Shown: positions 26,109 through 38,752 of the stretch, piece by piece
Layout of the letters: every line of letters starts with the position of its first letter
How positions within the stretch are numbered: position 1 is the stretch's first letter
Source of the DNA: Eutreptiella sp. 'Long Island Sound 2002'
Taxonomy: Eukaryota > Protista > Euglenida
Direction of reading: 5' to 3'
Assembly (NCBI GenBank): GCA_964036045.1
Contig: OZ038378.1
Location: 56,048,001 to 56,112,000, forward strand
Length of the DNA stretch: 64,000 bases
Notes under the pieces: generated by a model
The model's input: only the letters and a program-made list of their open reading frames with translations
What the model was told of the DNA's origin: nothing
The model's database searches: none
Program-made: the position numbers and the translations under genes

Positions 26109-26896
26109 AACCCAGCCCCCAAATCGGCGAAGAAATCCCAACAAATCGGCGAACAAATTGGCGGACCGATTTTTCGCCAAAACAGGCTCCCAGTGCCCTG
26201 GATCTCAGTCCCAGGCCCCAAACACACCTTCCTTTTGGTTGCTCTGTCGTTGGAGTCATGTGGAGACCCAAAATATCTCGCAAATTTCGAAAAAAAAATT
26301 GTCTTTCGGTCTGTACATGGTCCCTGACCCATATTATGACAGTTTCAGGCGGTGATCCAGTGGTGTATGCACTGGTCTATAAATTGGCTGACGTGGGTTC
26401 AATTCCCGGACCGATTTTTTTTTTGCATTTTTTGTCATTTGTCTCGATGAGAAAATTGGTTTTTTATGCAGAAACAAAGCCTGGCCGGAAGAAGATGAAT
26501 GCACGCAGGCTTCCCATTTCCATCTCACTGTGTGCTGGGTGGGTGTGCAACCAACCAACTCTGATCTGCAACCAAAGCTGTCCTACAGTAGTCAATCTGA
26601 TGGGTCTTTTTGTGGGCAGGAAAAACACTTCATGGTGCCAATCTGAACAACCAATATAGAAAGAAAAGGTATTATCCAGTGTCCCAAAGTAAATGATGCA
26701 CATCTTAGAGTGACGCCTCCAAATCAGGTGTCCTAGAATCCCAGAAGCCCCAACAAGCCAGCAGAACGAATCGGCCAAATCACAGAAACCCCACACAAAT
26801 CAGCAGAACAAATCGGCGGAATTCAGAAACCCAACAAATCGGCAGAACAAATCGGCGAAATCGGCCGAATTCGGCCGCTGATTTGGGGGCTGGGTT
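26109..26896. mobile_element. 788-bp non-autonomous TIR element (MITE-like) with an approximately 8-bp TSD
   Basis: TIR aacccagcccccaaatc / gatttgggggctgggtt, flanked by aacattgc (26101-26108) and aacattgg (26897-26904). Subterminal aacaaatcggc repeats at both ends. Confidence 0.75.
26348..26414 (+). tRNA. tRNA-like pseudogene / SINE head, possibly Tyr-derived
   Basis: A-box-like TGATCCAGTGG, B-box GGTTCAATTCC and loop CTATAAA (could derive from CTGTAAA), followed by a T10 run at 26415-26424. Stems are imperfect. Confidence 0.5.
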
Positions 26897-29582
26897 AACA
26901 TTGGAGTGGACAAGGATTCCTTGGAATCCCTCAACGGTTAGGAATGTGGAGTGTGGGGAGGGGAGGGAGGGAGGCATGGGGGGGGGGGGGAGCAGGCTGG
27001 AGAGCCGCCCCCAACCCAGCAACCTCCCTGCAATGCACTGAACCATCGACGGGGTCTCGAAGGTGACACCAAAACAGGCATGAAGGTACAAAACAAGGGG
27101 CTTAGTAATGCAAAGTATGCACCTCATTCGGAAGAGTGTTTATGATGAAATTGGAGCACTTCATCGTTGTTGGAAGGGGCACAAGGCTTCAACGATGCGG
27201 ACACGCATCCTGGAAAACGCAGTGTCTCAAACCGAATTCGATGCAACCAGGACACAAGCCTTTGGAGTGGCCTGGCACATGTACTGTTCGACGAGTTGGG
27301 GCACCATTTGTGCCCGTGGATGCACGCCTCCAAATCCCATGGCAGTGCGAATGCACGCCCAATCCACATTGATCAGCGTGATATGTCCCTCATCCCCCAG
27401 CCCCTGAAACCCATCCACGTACCCTCTCTGCTTGCCAACCCTCCTTTGCCTCCCTCCCTAGTCCACACTGCACACTGGACTCTCTAACACTCGGTGCTCA
27501 GTCGGGTCCCCAATACCTGTAGATTGCGGCAAGGTGGCTTGTTGGTGTGGTTAGAGGGGTGACAGGGGGTGGCGGGTGCAGGGTGTGGGCGCCGGAAGGA
27601 GTGCTGTGTATGATTGGGCTGCCCAGGTGAGCGGGATGTTGTGGTCGGTGTGTCGTGCGCCGCGCTGTGGGGTGGGTGTCCGTGGCCCTGGGGTGGTGTG
27701 GAGGGGGACGCACGAGGACTCGTGGTTCCCCTGCTGCCTGTTGCAGTTGTGGTGTGGGCCACGATGCTCACGTCCTGGCCGTTTACAGTTGATGTCGGTT
27801 TCGGACAAAGGGATGGTGTCACCTATTTGCGGTGAGAGGATGGTTCTCCGCTCCTCGTCCCCGCGGTTGCGGGTGGTGGGCGGTGCGTATGGTGCCTTCA
27901 CCGGTGGTGACTGTGTTGTCTGTTGCGGTGGGCAGCACATTGTGCGTCCTCATGATTCTCTGCAGTGGGGCACCTGAGGGTGTCGGTGGGTGTTTTGCGG
28001 GGCAGGGCCCTCAGCGTCGATGTTGGCTCAGCCATCCCCTGCTGGATGCCTCGGTGGTGTTGTCAGGAAGATTGTGGCAGGCGGTGGCTGGGCAGTCGTC
28101 TCGGGACATTTTGCAGGTGCACACAGCGGGCCCCGCGCGTTGCCGCTCTGATGGTCGACATGTTGGGGTGTTGTAGTTGTCGTCCTGTAGGCGGCCCCGT
28201 TGCGGCACTTGTGGGGTAGTGCCTATGTTGGGGTTATGGTCTGGAGGCCCTGGCGTTGGACCCTTGGTGGTCTCCTTATTCTGCCGGGGGTGCCGGTGGG
28301 TGGGGTTTGGCGCAGTTGGCGCAAGGAGGGCAGGGAGAGGTTTGGCGGGCTGTTGGTGCAAGGGGGGGTTGGTGCGTGGCCCCCATACACCCCCTTGCGT
28401 CAAGTTTGCCCCACCCTTCCTCCACTCTGTTCACCTTTCTCCCCACCCGTCATGTCCAAACTCGACTGCCCCTTTCTCCAGCGTGGACGCGCCATCCTGA
28501 GGCGGCCCCGGCCGTTGCGTCGGTGTTGTGAATGCCGCATACCTTCTTCTGTTTGGACTGCTGCGCCATCTGCAGCAGCTTGTCCGCCAGCAGATCCGCA
28601 CACTGTTGTGCACTGCGAGCTAGTTCTATGCTCAAATCCCTGCGACAACACACAGAGCACACAGAGGCTTACGCGCCGGCACAGCACCCACAAGTCTCGG
28701 GTCAGGAATGGCAACAAAGGCCACGTCCAGAGTTCCACTTATGGGGTGGGTGGGTGGGTCCCGAAATAATGGATAGCAATATTGGGCCAGCCCAGAAATA
28801 CATTTACCCGAGAGCCACAAGGTGCCATACTCACTTAAGGGAGGGAGACGTTGGGTGGGTGGGTCTTGGGGGGGGGGGGGGGTCTGGAACCCCCTCTCAC
28901 CCCCTCCTACTGGTGCTGAGTTGTTAAGTGGAACTCTGGCTGCGTCTGCGCCCAGGCAATGCAACAACGGCACCATCTTTCCCACATGAGATGCACGCAC
29001 TCCCAACTGAAGGTGGCAAAACATCCCCTGACTGGAGGACCATCAAACACCCAACACACCAATAAATCCCCGGAAGTGCAACTCACACCGTGCATCCCAC
29101 ACTCTCAAGTTCTTGCTCACAGTCTTCCACTACAGCACGCAATACGCAACACAGCGTGCAGTGCTCTATCACAGCACGTGACACAATCCCGGTACAAAAG
29201 ACTTTGTCACAGAACAGTGCAAAATGTAACTTGTGCACAAAAAAGTCGTCAAGTCGTGTAATTTTTTGTGCAGTAAATGCGTGTAAATTATAAAAAAATT
29301 TTGAATTATTTTTTTGCGGTAAATGTGTGTAATTTTTTTTTTGCCGTAAGTCGTATAAATTATAAAAAAAATTGAAAGAAATGCAGCTTCCGCAATACAT
29401 GCGCAATATGTACAATTGCCGGTTCCGTACGGCACCCCATAGCGACCATAACGATGGGACGCCAAGTCTACAGAGCACCTAGTACTGTGGCCACCAATTA
29501 GTTGGGACTCGGCCAATATACCACAATATCACATGTTGTCATTGGCACTAGAAACAAAATCAGGCCCAAGAAAACATGCCTG

Positions 29583-30185
29583 AAGTCGGGTAACCCCATA
29601 CCCTATTTTGAGGTCGCTGAGTCCGAATATCATGGTGGTTTCATGCAACTTGGCGGTATTTTTGAGAAAATGACTGTTTCACGTCGAAAAACGCACTCGG
29701 TAGGTATCTGCAAAACTTGTTAAGATATGCCCAAACTGTGACGTGGCACCCACAAATTCAGAACAAGCGACCTCAAAATAGGGGGGTGGTATACGTTGAT
29801 TTCAGGATGGGTCCGCAATGTTGACCTTCTATGGTGGAACTCCTAACAAGTATGGGTACTTAGGCTTTCCACTTGTGAACTTATTGGCGATATCCTCCTG
29901 AGGTTACCTGAGAGTACCCCTTAGGTGTTGCACCATAGAAGTTCAAAATTGTGGACCCATCCTGAAATCAAAGTATACCACCCCCCTAATTTGAGGTCGC
30001 TTGTTCCGAATTTGTGGGTGCCACGTCACAGTTTGGGCGTATCTTAACCAAGTTTGCAGATACCTACCGCGTGCGTTTTTTAGACGTAAAACGGTGATTT
30101 TGTCAAAACTACCGTAAAATTGCATGAAACCACCATGATATTTGGGCTCGTCGACCTCAAAATAGAGTATGGGGTTACCCGACTT
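29583..30185. repeat. Foldback with approximately 255-bp arms and a 95-bp loop
   Basis: 29583-29836 is the reverse complement of 29931-30185, with scattered mismatches. It is flanked by AT-rich gtcgtgtaatttt repeats (29230-29380 and 30700-30910). Confidence 0.85.
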
Positions 30186-32399
30186 GAAAGTTTTAGGCTG
30201 GGTTACCCTATTTCCACAAAGGGGTCAAAACGCCCCCCTGGGCCTATTCCTAAAACATCCCCGTTCTAGGGCGGGGTCGTTCGCGGGGTAAAATTTTGCA
30301 CAAGGGTGACATTACCCCCTATTTTTGGGGTCAAAGAACACAATTTTCATGGTGGTTTCGCCCAATTGTGCACCAAACCCTCCCTAGGACCCCCCAAAGT
30401 TGTTAGGATTCCCAAAAAACTCGGTAGGATTCCCCCCCCGGGGTAAATTCGGACGCCACCACGTGATCGAGCGACCTCAAAATAGGGGGGTGGTATACTT
30501 GCCTTCAAGAGGGGTGGGATTGGCCGCATGGGGGGGCATCATGAGGGCAAAGAAGCTCAAGAACGCCCTCCAACTCATCACCAGCCGGTTCAATCACCCG
30601 CTTCGGCGCGTGGGACAAAATCAGAAGTGGACCACAAGTGGGCCCAGTAGCTACATGCATGCATTTTTTGTTTTCAGCAAAATTGGAAAAAAATATTGGC
30701 GGTAAGTTGTGTACAAAAAAATTGTCATGCCGTGTAATTTTATTTTTTTGCGGTAAATGCGTGTACAAAAAAATGGTCAAGTCGTGTAATTTCTTTTTTG
30801 CAGCAATGCCTGTAACGGGTTTACACAACTTACCGCAAAAAAAAATACAGGACGTGGCGATTTTTTTTTGTTACACGCATTTGCCGCAAAAAAAAATTAC
30901 ACGAATTACAACATACACCACACAGCACACAACGCTCTACTACATATAGCACACAATACTCTTCCACAGCCACCCAGTGCTTCACCACAGCACGCCCTAC
31001 TACACGCAAGGCTTTGTTACACAACACACCATGCAGAACATAGTGCTTTACAACACACAAAGCTCTATCACAGCACAAAATACAAGCACATAGTACTCTA
31101 TCACCGCACACAATACTGCATATCACAGGTAGGACCCGGTTCATCGCCTGACCTAGCGGACACGAGTGGCAAGTCTTCTCCCCACCTCCATCCGCCCAAC
31201 CACTTGCAATGACCCCTTTTGAGGGAACAATTAGCTGCGGAGGGTTCGGGCGAGGGGCAGGGGATCCCTCAAAGGGTTCTGTGCAATCCCCTGCATTGGG
31301 GGATGCCACATGTGTGACGACCTACTACCATGAGAGAAAAGTGGGAGTCTAAGCACATCAGCGAGACAGATGCCCCTGCGAATGTCCACTTCCCCATGGG
31401 GCATTGTCAACAAAAAAAGCGCTATGTGAGCTGCCGGAGCGCTATTTTGGCAGGCACCTGTGTATTGTGATGGGGCATTGTGTGCCACGGCTCTGTGCTG
31501 TGTTTGAGTAGCATCATTTGTGCTCTGGTGTGCGGTAGTAGAGCACTGCTGACGCTGGTGCTAATTTCATCTAAATTGGGACGAGCTATTGAAGAAACTC
31601 AATGATTGAAAGATTGATCCCTCATCGCAATCAATACTCTGTCGCAGCATACAGTGTTCCTATTGCAGCATTTGACTCCACAACATTCTATTACATACTA
31701 TAGTAGTTTATTGCAAAATATATGGCCCATCAGAGCATACAATCATCAACCACATAGTGCTTCATCACACACGTGGAAGGGGTGGCTCGGAGGGTGAGGG
31801 GTCGCACGCTCGTGCTAAATGTAAAGTGGGCCAGCTTGTTCAGCTTGTTCGACGGCCATAAGAATCCCCTCTTTAAAGCGACCGACCCTCTCCCTTCCCC
31901 TTCGCATTAGCACCCATGACCTAAATAGTCTTGTGCCCTCCTTAAAATGAGCCACTTTTCTTGCTTCTTCGCGCGTGTTTGGTGTTACCCACTGAGTGCA
32001 AGACTCAGCGAGTGCAAGATTCGGTAGTCCTTTTTGCGGGTCAAGCTACCCATTGCCTCCCCGCACATGCTCTCGTGCCCTGCATGCAGTGCCCGCGCCT
32101 TCGCGGTTCGCCGCCTACCCAGGGTGTCTGCCCATCCGTGCCGAAGGTGCCTGCTGCTGCGAACCTGCCAGCCCTCGTCTTCCGGCAACCTTGTGGGACA
32201 AGTAGGGCTCCACCCAATGAACCCGCCGCCGCTTGTCAGAGGGCACCTTTGGTACTCTTGCTTCTCACTGGCCGCTAATTCCGGCGTGTCCGACGCCCTC
32301 TCTGCCATGGCCCACTTGAACGACCTGGCAACAGCTCCGGTTGTAGTGTTGTAGCCTGGAATGGTGGCCATGGCCATTGTGATTACCTACAGCCCCGGT

Positions 32400-34350
32400 T
32401 GGGCCCCGCAGCAAGGTGTCACATCAATGTAGACGCGGCGCTTGGTGCCGACGACGCGGGCGGCGCAGTGGCCGCGGTGGTTGCCCCAGCCGTCGCCCCC
32501 CAGGCAAACCGCCGCCGCTCTCCGTCGCGGCCTAGAAACGACCAGCCGCAGCCTCCGCCTACCGCAGAGGCGCTGCCAATTCACAAGCTCGCCCATCAGG
32601 TGAGGGAGCTGCAACATCGGCATGATGTGGCGTACGGGGAGCTCGCGGAGCACCGCAAAGGGGGCCCCCAACGTGGTGGACCAGCGCGCCCTGCACAGCA
32701 ACCGGCGGCTGCGCGACAGAGCGCACACTGTGCAACGCCGCGGGTACCAGCCGCCCAACAGTGCGGCTCGCAGCAATTGGCCAACGACCATGAGGAGGTG
32801 ATGTGCTGGCACAGCCACGTGCAGCCACGTGCAACCATGTGCACTTGCCGGGAGATCCTACCGGCACGCCTTCTCCATTAGCGGACGGGGCGCCATATCG
32901 AGCCAAGTGTGCCACTGGGCAAGGACACGCGGCATCAACCATGTGCTTGGACCATGGACAACCATGGCACAAGATGGCTCCACACTGCCGACTGCCTAGG
33001 CCGCTTCGTCGGCGAGGCCCAACACCCGGCATCACCCCGCACCTTGCTGCCACCAACGTACACATGGGAAGATTTGGCTGCAGTCCCTCGCGACATCTAC
33101 GCCGAGGTAGCGGCTGCGGCTCGCAAGTTGGGCGGCTCTGGCGACCACCCGCGCGGCGACTTGGCACGCCCTAGCGCAACCGCGACAGATGCAGCGCCAG
33201 CGCGCGTAAACGGGGGCGCACATGGGGGGTACATGGCGGTTGCACGTGCCCAGCGCGCCCCAGGGCACGAGCCCCATAGGCCCTAGTGAGTTAATGGGGC
33301 CTAGTGAGTTGGGGGGGGCACAAACCAGCCCCCTAGGCACGCCCCCAGGTCGTGGTGTGCCCTGCCCCACAAGATGCAGATGGCTGCTCACCCCCACTGC
33401 AGTCCACCTGCAACTTGCTCGTCCAGATACTGGAGGGGGGAGAACGGCCAACAACCGTAATGTCGGTTGTGTGCCCGTGCAAGGTGCGCAGCTATGCGGT
33501 GCTGGTGGCCAGCGGGGTCAAACATGTATGTGCCCATCGCGACTTGGGGGGGGGGGTGCATTGTCACGGAGGAGGACTGCGCAATCTTCAAGGAGGTCGT
33601 CCTCTTGGGCGCCACCGCGCATGAGGCCCAACACATCGCGGCGTGAGCCCTCAACGGGGGGACCGGCTTTGGTGGGTGTGTCTGCGGTGCTACTCGTGAA
33701 AAAGGCACCTCGCACCTGGTGTACCGCCGCCCAGCTGCTGCGGGTGCAAGGCCTCAACCGCGACGACCTAGAGGTCGAGGGCAGGGTCTTGCACTGCCAT
33801 CCCCTCCCGTTTCCAGGACCTTGGGAGTGCGAGCGGGAGGGGGTCACAGACCCAGCCCCGCTGGGCCACGTGCTGCGCCTCCGATGGCGTGCGAGGCGCA
33901 TGATGAGGACGAAGCCATGGGTGGAGCCCACCCGGGGGAGGGGGGCGGGATGTGCCCCCACCCCCCTTACGGCAACCCGCTTCCTCCTCCACGACAACGG
34001 TGGGAGTGGAGATCACGGTCAATCGATGAGTTCTCCTTGGGAAGAAAAACCGGAGGGGTTGGGTGTGTGCCAGCGTGCACGACTTCCTCCGCGAGTTTGT
34101 TGCCCCCTCTGACCTTTCCTCGTTCCTAATTCAGGAGACGGGGGACACCAAGGGGCGGACGTGCGAAGGCTCCATTGTGCTACTGGTGGAGGTGGCGAGG
34201 CAATGGTGCGCGCTAGTGGGCGGTAGGTCGGGATCACTTGCTGCCGTTCGATGCATGGGGCAACATCCGCAATCCCCGGGAGCATGGTGTGGGCAAAGCT
34301 TCCGGTCAAGGCGCAGGCCCCGCTGCCGGAGCTGTGGAAAAAGCTAGCGG
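32400..34350 (+). pseudogene. Possible LINE ORF1-like relic
   Basis: Frameshifted protein-like frames with Cys/His clusters ending in PRCRSCG, upstream of the 2A/APE segment. Confidence 0.3.
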
Positions 34351-35169
34351 CAAGCGACTAGCTACGCCCCTATTTTGGGGGGGTTGATGCCTGGGGTGGG
34401 GCTCCACGTCCCTGCAGTCCAGGGGCGCTTTGCTGGAGCCCCCCTACAAGCGCCGCCGGTGTGGGCTCTACCCCTGGCTAGCACTGGCGTCGCGCCACAC
34501 CGAGGATCCGCGACGTGGGCACGCCGCCCCTCCGCTCGAGGCCGGCTAGGAGCTTGGCTAGGCCGACCAGGGCCGCGGGCATATGAACCCCCCCCCCCCC
34601 CACCTCGCGTGGGCTCTGCCTAGGGAGGGGTGGAAACACGTCACAGTGGAGTTGCCCAACGTTTTTCAGGAGGAGGCGGGGAATGTGAAACTCATCAAAA
34701 ATATTCACCTCCCTTAGTCTGGCTTCCAACATCCCCAATGGGATGTAACTCCGGAGGGGGTTCCGGAGGACTGGCCGGGTGTTCACCTTCCGAGAAAGCC
34801 AAGATACTGGACAATTCCTAGGAGGTGAGGGAGCTATGACGCCACCCAAAGCAGGTGCGGCGGTTGGGGTAGTGGGCGGTGGCGAAGCCCCCCCCCCCCC
34901 AAGACGGCGGAAGAGGGGCAAGTGCGCCCCTCGGACAACTTTGGGAAGGGCGAGAGGTACCTCCTCTAAGCCCCGCTGGACAGCATAAGGGGCACGTGCT
35001 TGTAGTGGGCCGGGGGGCGAGCGTGGCGGAGGCCTTGTGGCTGTGCGACATGGCGTGGCTGGCGCCGCGGTGCAAGCCCGGCGGGGCGTCTGCGATGCTT
35101 TGGCCGGTTAAGTACTCTTTGGGGGGGGGGGGTCGACGGTGGGGGGCGGGGGCGACATTTGCGCTACTG

Positions 35170-35780
35170 GCGGCCATGGCCCTCACCCTAACCCTTACCC
35201 TGACCTTGACCCTAGTTGTGGCCCTGCCCGTGACTACGCCGGCTCCCCAGGCGCACCCGGCCTCACTTGAACCACCCGGCGATGGCACAAGGGGGTCCAG
35301 GCTCGGAGAATGTGGGGACGTACACCCCAACCCCGGGCCATTGCACACAGCGGCGGTCAACATCACTCCCCTCTGCTTGCACGCGGCGGAGGTGGCCTCA
35401 TGGGAGGTGGAAGTCATTCACGTGCAGCACACAAAGCTCTCCCATGGGGGTCAGAAGGCCATGCACCACTTTTTCACAAAGTGGGGGTGGCACTGTTTCT
35501 AGGGGTGCCCAGAAAAGTCTCAACGGGGGGGGGGGGGGGGCGTGTGGAATATCCCACAACGTGGGGTCGCGGTGCTGGTGTGTTAGGGGCAGAGCCGTGA
35601 GCTGGCGAAGCTCCCCAAGAAGTGGCAGCCGGACCCCCTAGTATGGGACGTGTGGCACTCCATCACGTGGATCCAAGTACGGCTAGCATTGGGGGACGGC
35701 CGCACGGTGCTGCATGTGATCTCTGCGTACGGCATGTAGGGGGGGCGGGAGGGCAATGCAGCACTTTGGGATGACACACG
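35170..35780 (+). pseudogene. Non-LTR retrotransposon ORF2 start: 2A-like motif + APE endonuclease N-terminus, truncated
   Basis: CGDVHPNPGP (35311-35340), then VNIT, VIHVQHTKL (QET-like), GVAVL and LHVISAYG. Confidence 0.7.
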
Positions 35781-36179
35781 TCGCTAAATCGCTTTGCTTT
35801 GTATCTGCAAATCGCCAGAGATTTTTTTTCGAAAATGCCTAGGGCCATGGTCACATATGAATAGGAAAACGAACCATGCCTGGGGGTTTTGCGAGTGGGC
35901 ATCGGATAAATCCCAAGCGATTTTTGGAGTGCCCACGGCAAAATTCGCCGGCCACCGGCACTACGTACAATGGACCCCAAAACACCCCAAAAACCATACA
36001 ATGTGACAAAAAAAGCACGTGTTGGGCACCTCCGAAAAGTTGGATATCCGGCCTAGGTGCTGTTGTCCGGCATTTGCACTGCCCCAGCCCAATTCAGGGT
36101 TGGTATCATCAGTTTGGGTATACCCCGGCCGCACCGGGGACCCCAAGGAGTGGGTTCTTGGGGTAGAGGGCATCAACGG

Positions 36180-36913
36180 TTAACGGTAAATGTAATCGGT
36201 TGGGTAATGGTGACTTTCGCGAAGTAAGGTTGCAGGGGGTGCGCTTGAGGATGTGTCATCCACGTCAATACTCAACCTTCACAGTTGACTTGCTTGGGAT
36301 GCCATGTGACTTTTTGACAGCAAAGGAAGGCGCCTCTAGCCAGCCCTTTAACATCTCCGGGGTCCCATTCACTGTCGGGAGGTCCGGATTACGGTCCTCC
36401 TTGAGAAACAACCATGCTTTGTACCCCTCACTAGCCTCTAGTGATTGCTCCGTCTGCTCTTCCGACGGTGTTCGGTGCTCAGCGGGGGGAGGGACAATTT
36501 ATAGGTGCCTATACGGTGCCGATCGAGGTCTCGTGCTTTGATGGGTTGAGGTCGTTGAAGGCTTGACGTGCTGTTTTTCGCCCATATTTGAACCGTTTTG
36601 CCAACACACCATAGAACACCGTGGTTCTGCATTTGGGTTGGTTGTTCGACGGAAAAACACGACGGAGCTAGAATCGAAACTCTTCGGGCTGGACGTACGC
36701 ACGCTCTTCGTGTTTGACACAATAAGTGGCTGAGATGGTTTCGGTGAGTACATGAATTATTGCGAGCTTCTCCGGTTCGACCACATTTGCACCAACCTCT
36801 AGAATTACCACGGACGCAATGGCGGGCGCGATCGGAACACGTGCAAGCGGCAGAGGAGCAGAGGAAGCTGACATGATGGATGCCACTACAAACACTACAG
36901 AAAAAGAGGGCAC
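36180..36913 (-). pseudogene. Unknown protein relic
   Basis: One frame of about 240 codons (...YCVKHEERAYVQPEEFRF*LRRVFPSNNQPKCRTTVFYGVLAKRFKYGRK...FLCCQKVTWH), broken only by isolated stops. Confidence 0.4.
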
Positions 36914-38752
36914 GAGGATGACCCGAGGGGGTAGTCGCTAGTCACGGATACAAGTGCGCCTCGGTCCAAGGCATTGCAGCCCATGTTGATAGCGCCGGTA
37001 CTGTGGCATGAGGGCAGGCGGGGGTTCGGGTTTGAGTCGGGCCATCTGAGTAAGCGTGAGCGTAATCGGGCTCAACCAAAGGCGCCGCCTCAATGGGGGA
37101 TGGGGCTGCTAGTGGTGGGTGGGGGTGCGCTAGCAACATCAAAGTCCTCAAGGGCAACAGCGGAGTTTGCTTGTTGTCAGACCACCAGGCAGTGTGGTTT
37201 CACCCGACGGCACAACAAGGGGTGGGGCAAGCCGGGATTGCACACGGTGGGTGTGAGGGACCAAGGCGGCGAGGGTGAGGTGTGCCCTCTCCAGACCGCG
37301 GCCCAAAGTTCACAGCTGACCCCTGCCAGAGCGCTACTTGCCCCCTCTGGCGCATAGCGAAATGACACCTTGCCCAGCCCATGTCAAGGTACCCATTGGG
37401 AGACCTTAGGGACTGGACAAGCCACTCCTCTGCGCGGGCGTTGATAGGGTCGGTAGTCTTTGCCAAGGGGGGCGTTTCGGCATGTGCCGGTACGATCTTG
37501 GGTGGAGGGGTGGAGTACAACGATGGGGAGACTTGAGGTGGCATAGATGGAGGTGTGGGCGGCGGCCCTGAGTATGGGGGTGGGCAAAGGCCGATTAAAG
37601 TCCACGATGTTGTGCAACGGGTTAAGTGAGGGGTTATGGGGCAAGGACTGTCTGCACTGGCCCACCCCGCCCCCTTCCCACACCTGGTGTCGCGACGCGA
37701 CGGAAGGACTGGGCGCCATAGCTTAGGTGTCCGCCCCCTCTGCCTTGACATGACCCCGTCAAGGGCTCCTTGAACGCCCTATGGGCACAAGAGCGCCACC
37801 CGACCTCTGCGAGGCCTCCTGCTCGTTGTCGTTGTCACCGCCGCCAATGGGGGGGGGGGGGGGGTAGGGTGTACACATGCCTGCCATCCGAAAAAGCGTG
37901 CGCTGTTGCACACCGCCCGCTGTTGGAAACACTCGAGGGTGTCCCTCGTGAAACACTCGAGGGTGTCCCTCGTGGTGCCGAGAGCAGCAATGCCGCACCC
38001 CCCGGTTCCCCCAGCACGACTTGCACACGGGGGCCCGGTGCGCATCGCACGGGGACGGGATGGGGCGCCATTCTTAGGAGGCATGAAATTGCCGAGGGGC
38101 TGGGGGGGGGGGGGTCCGCGAAATGAAGGCCATTCATGGCGTAAAAAAAAAGGCGAATTACTACCCCCCAATGGCACACAGCGCACAACGAGTGAGGTAT
38201 TCGATTGAAATCATGCCCCAACTGGCCCACTGTGTGCTTTTAGCCCGCAATTGAGCACAGTTTTAAACTAGCCAAAACAGGCGTCTAAATTCAAAGAAAT
38301 AACACTGAAGGACAAATTGCATTCTCCACGAAAGGGTTTCCGTTGCGTAAAGGTGACACTCTGTGAAACAGCACACTGATGCATGGTGAAATGGACCCCC
38401 TTTTTCGGGGAATTGCAATGAGACGCGAAATTTTGCCACATTTGGCAAATTGCAGGATAAGGGGGTATAAAATTATGTTAGTCCATTGGCTGCTTGTCAG
38501 AGTATCAGAATGATACATAACATCAGGGACATACGATTCGAACCATAAGGAACCCTTTATAACCAATCAATACACAAACATACATCACAGAAACAACCAA
38601 ATGATGCCTACAAAAGGGACTTTCATGTGCCATCACCCAGAAAGGGTGGGTTTGAATAACAAATCAAACAAAGCGGGACACAAATTAAAATTCAAATGAA
38701 CTGCTTAGAGGATGGTGGTTCTGCAGTCACCAATGTCTCATCATAGCAGTTA

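Noticed and set aside
27100-28950. Overlapping GC-rich ORFs at 27-29 kb (also 23.6-26 kb, 37.2-38.2 kb, 47-48 kb, 58.2-59 kb)
   Set aside because: No recognisable motifs. They are probably decayed retroelement pieces, but I cannot support a call.
33760-33900. RT-like LPF motif (EGRVLHCHPLPFPG)
   Set aside because: No YxDD or other RT motif is nearby, and it lies upstream of the APE, where ORF1 is expected.
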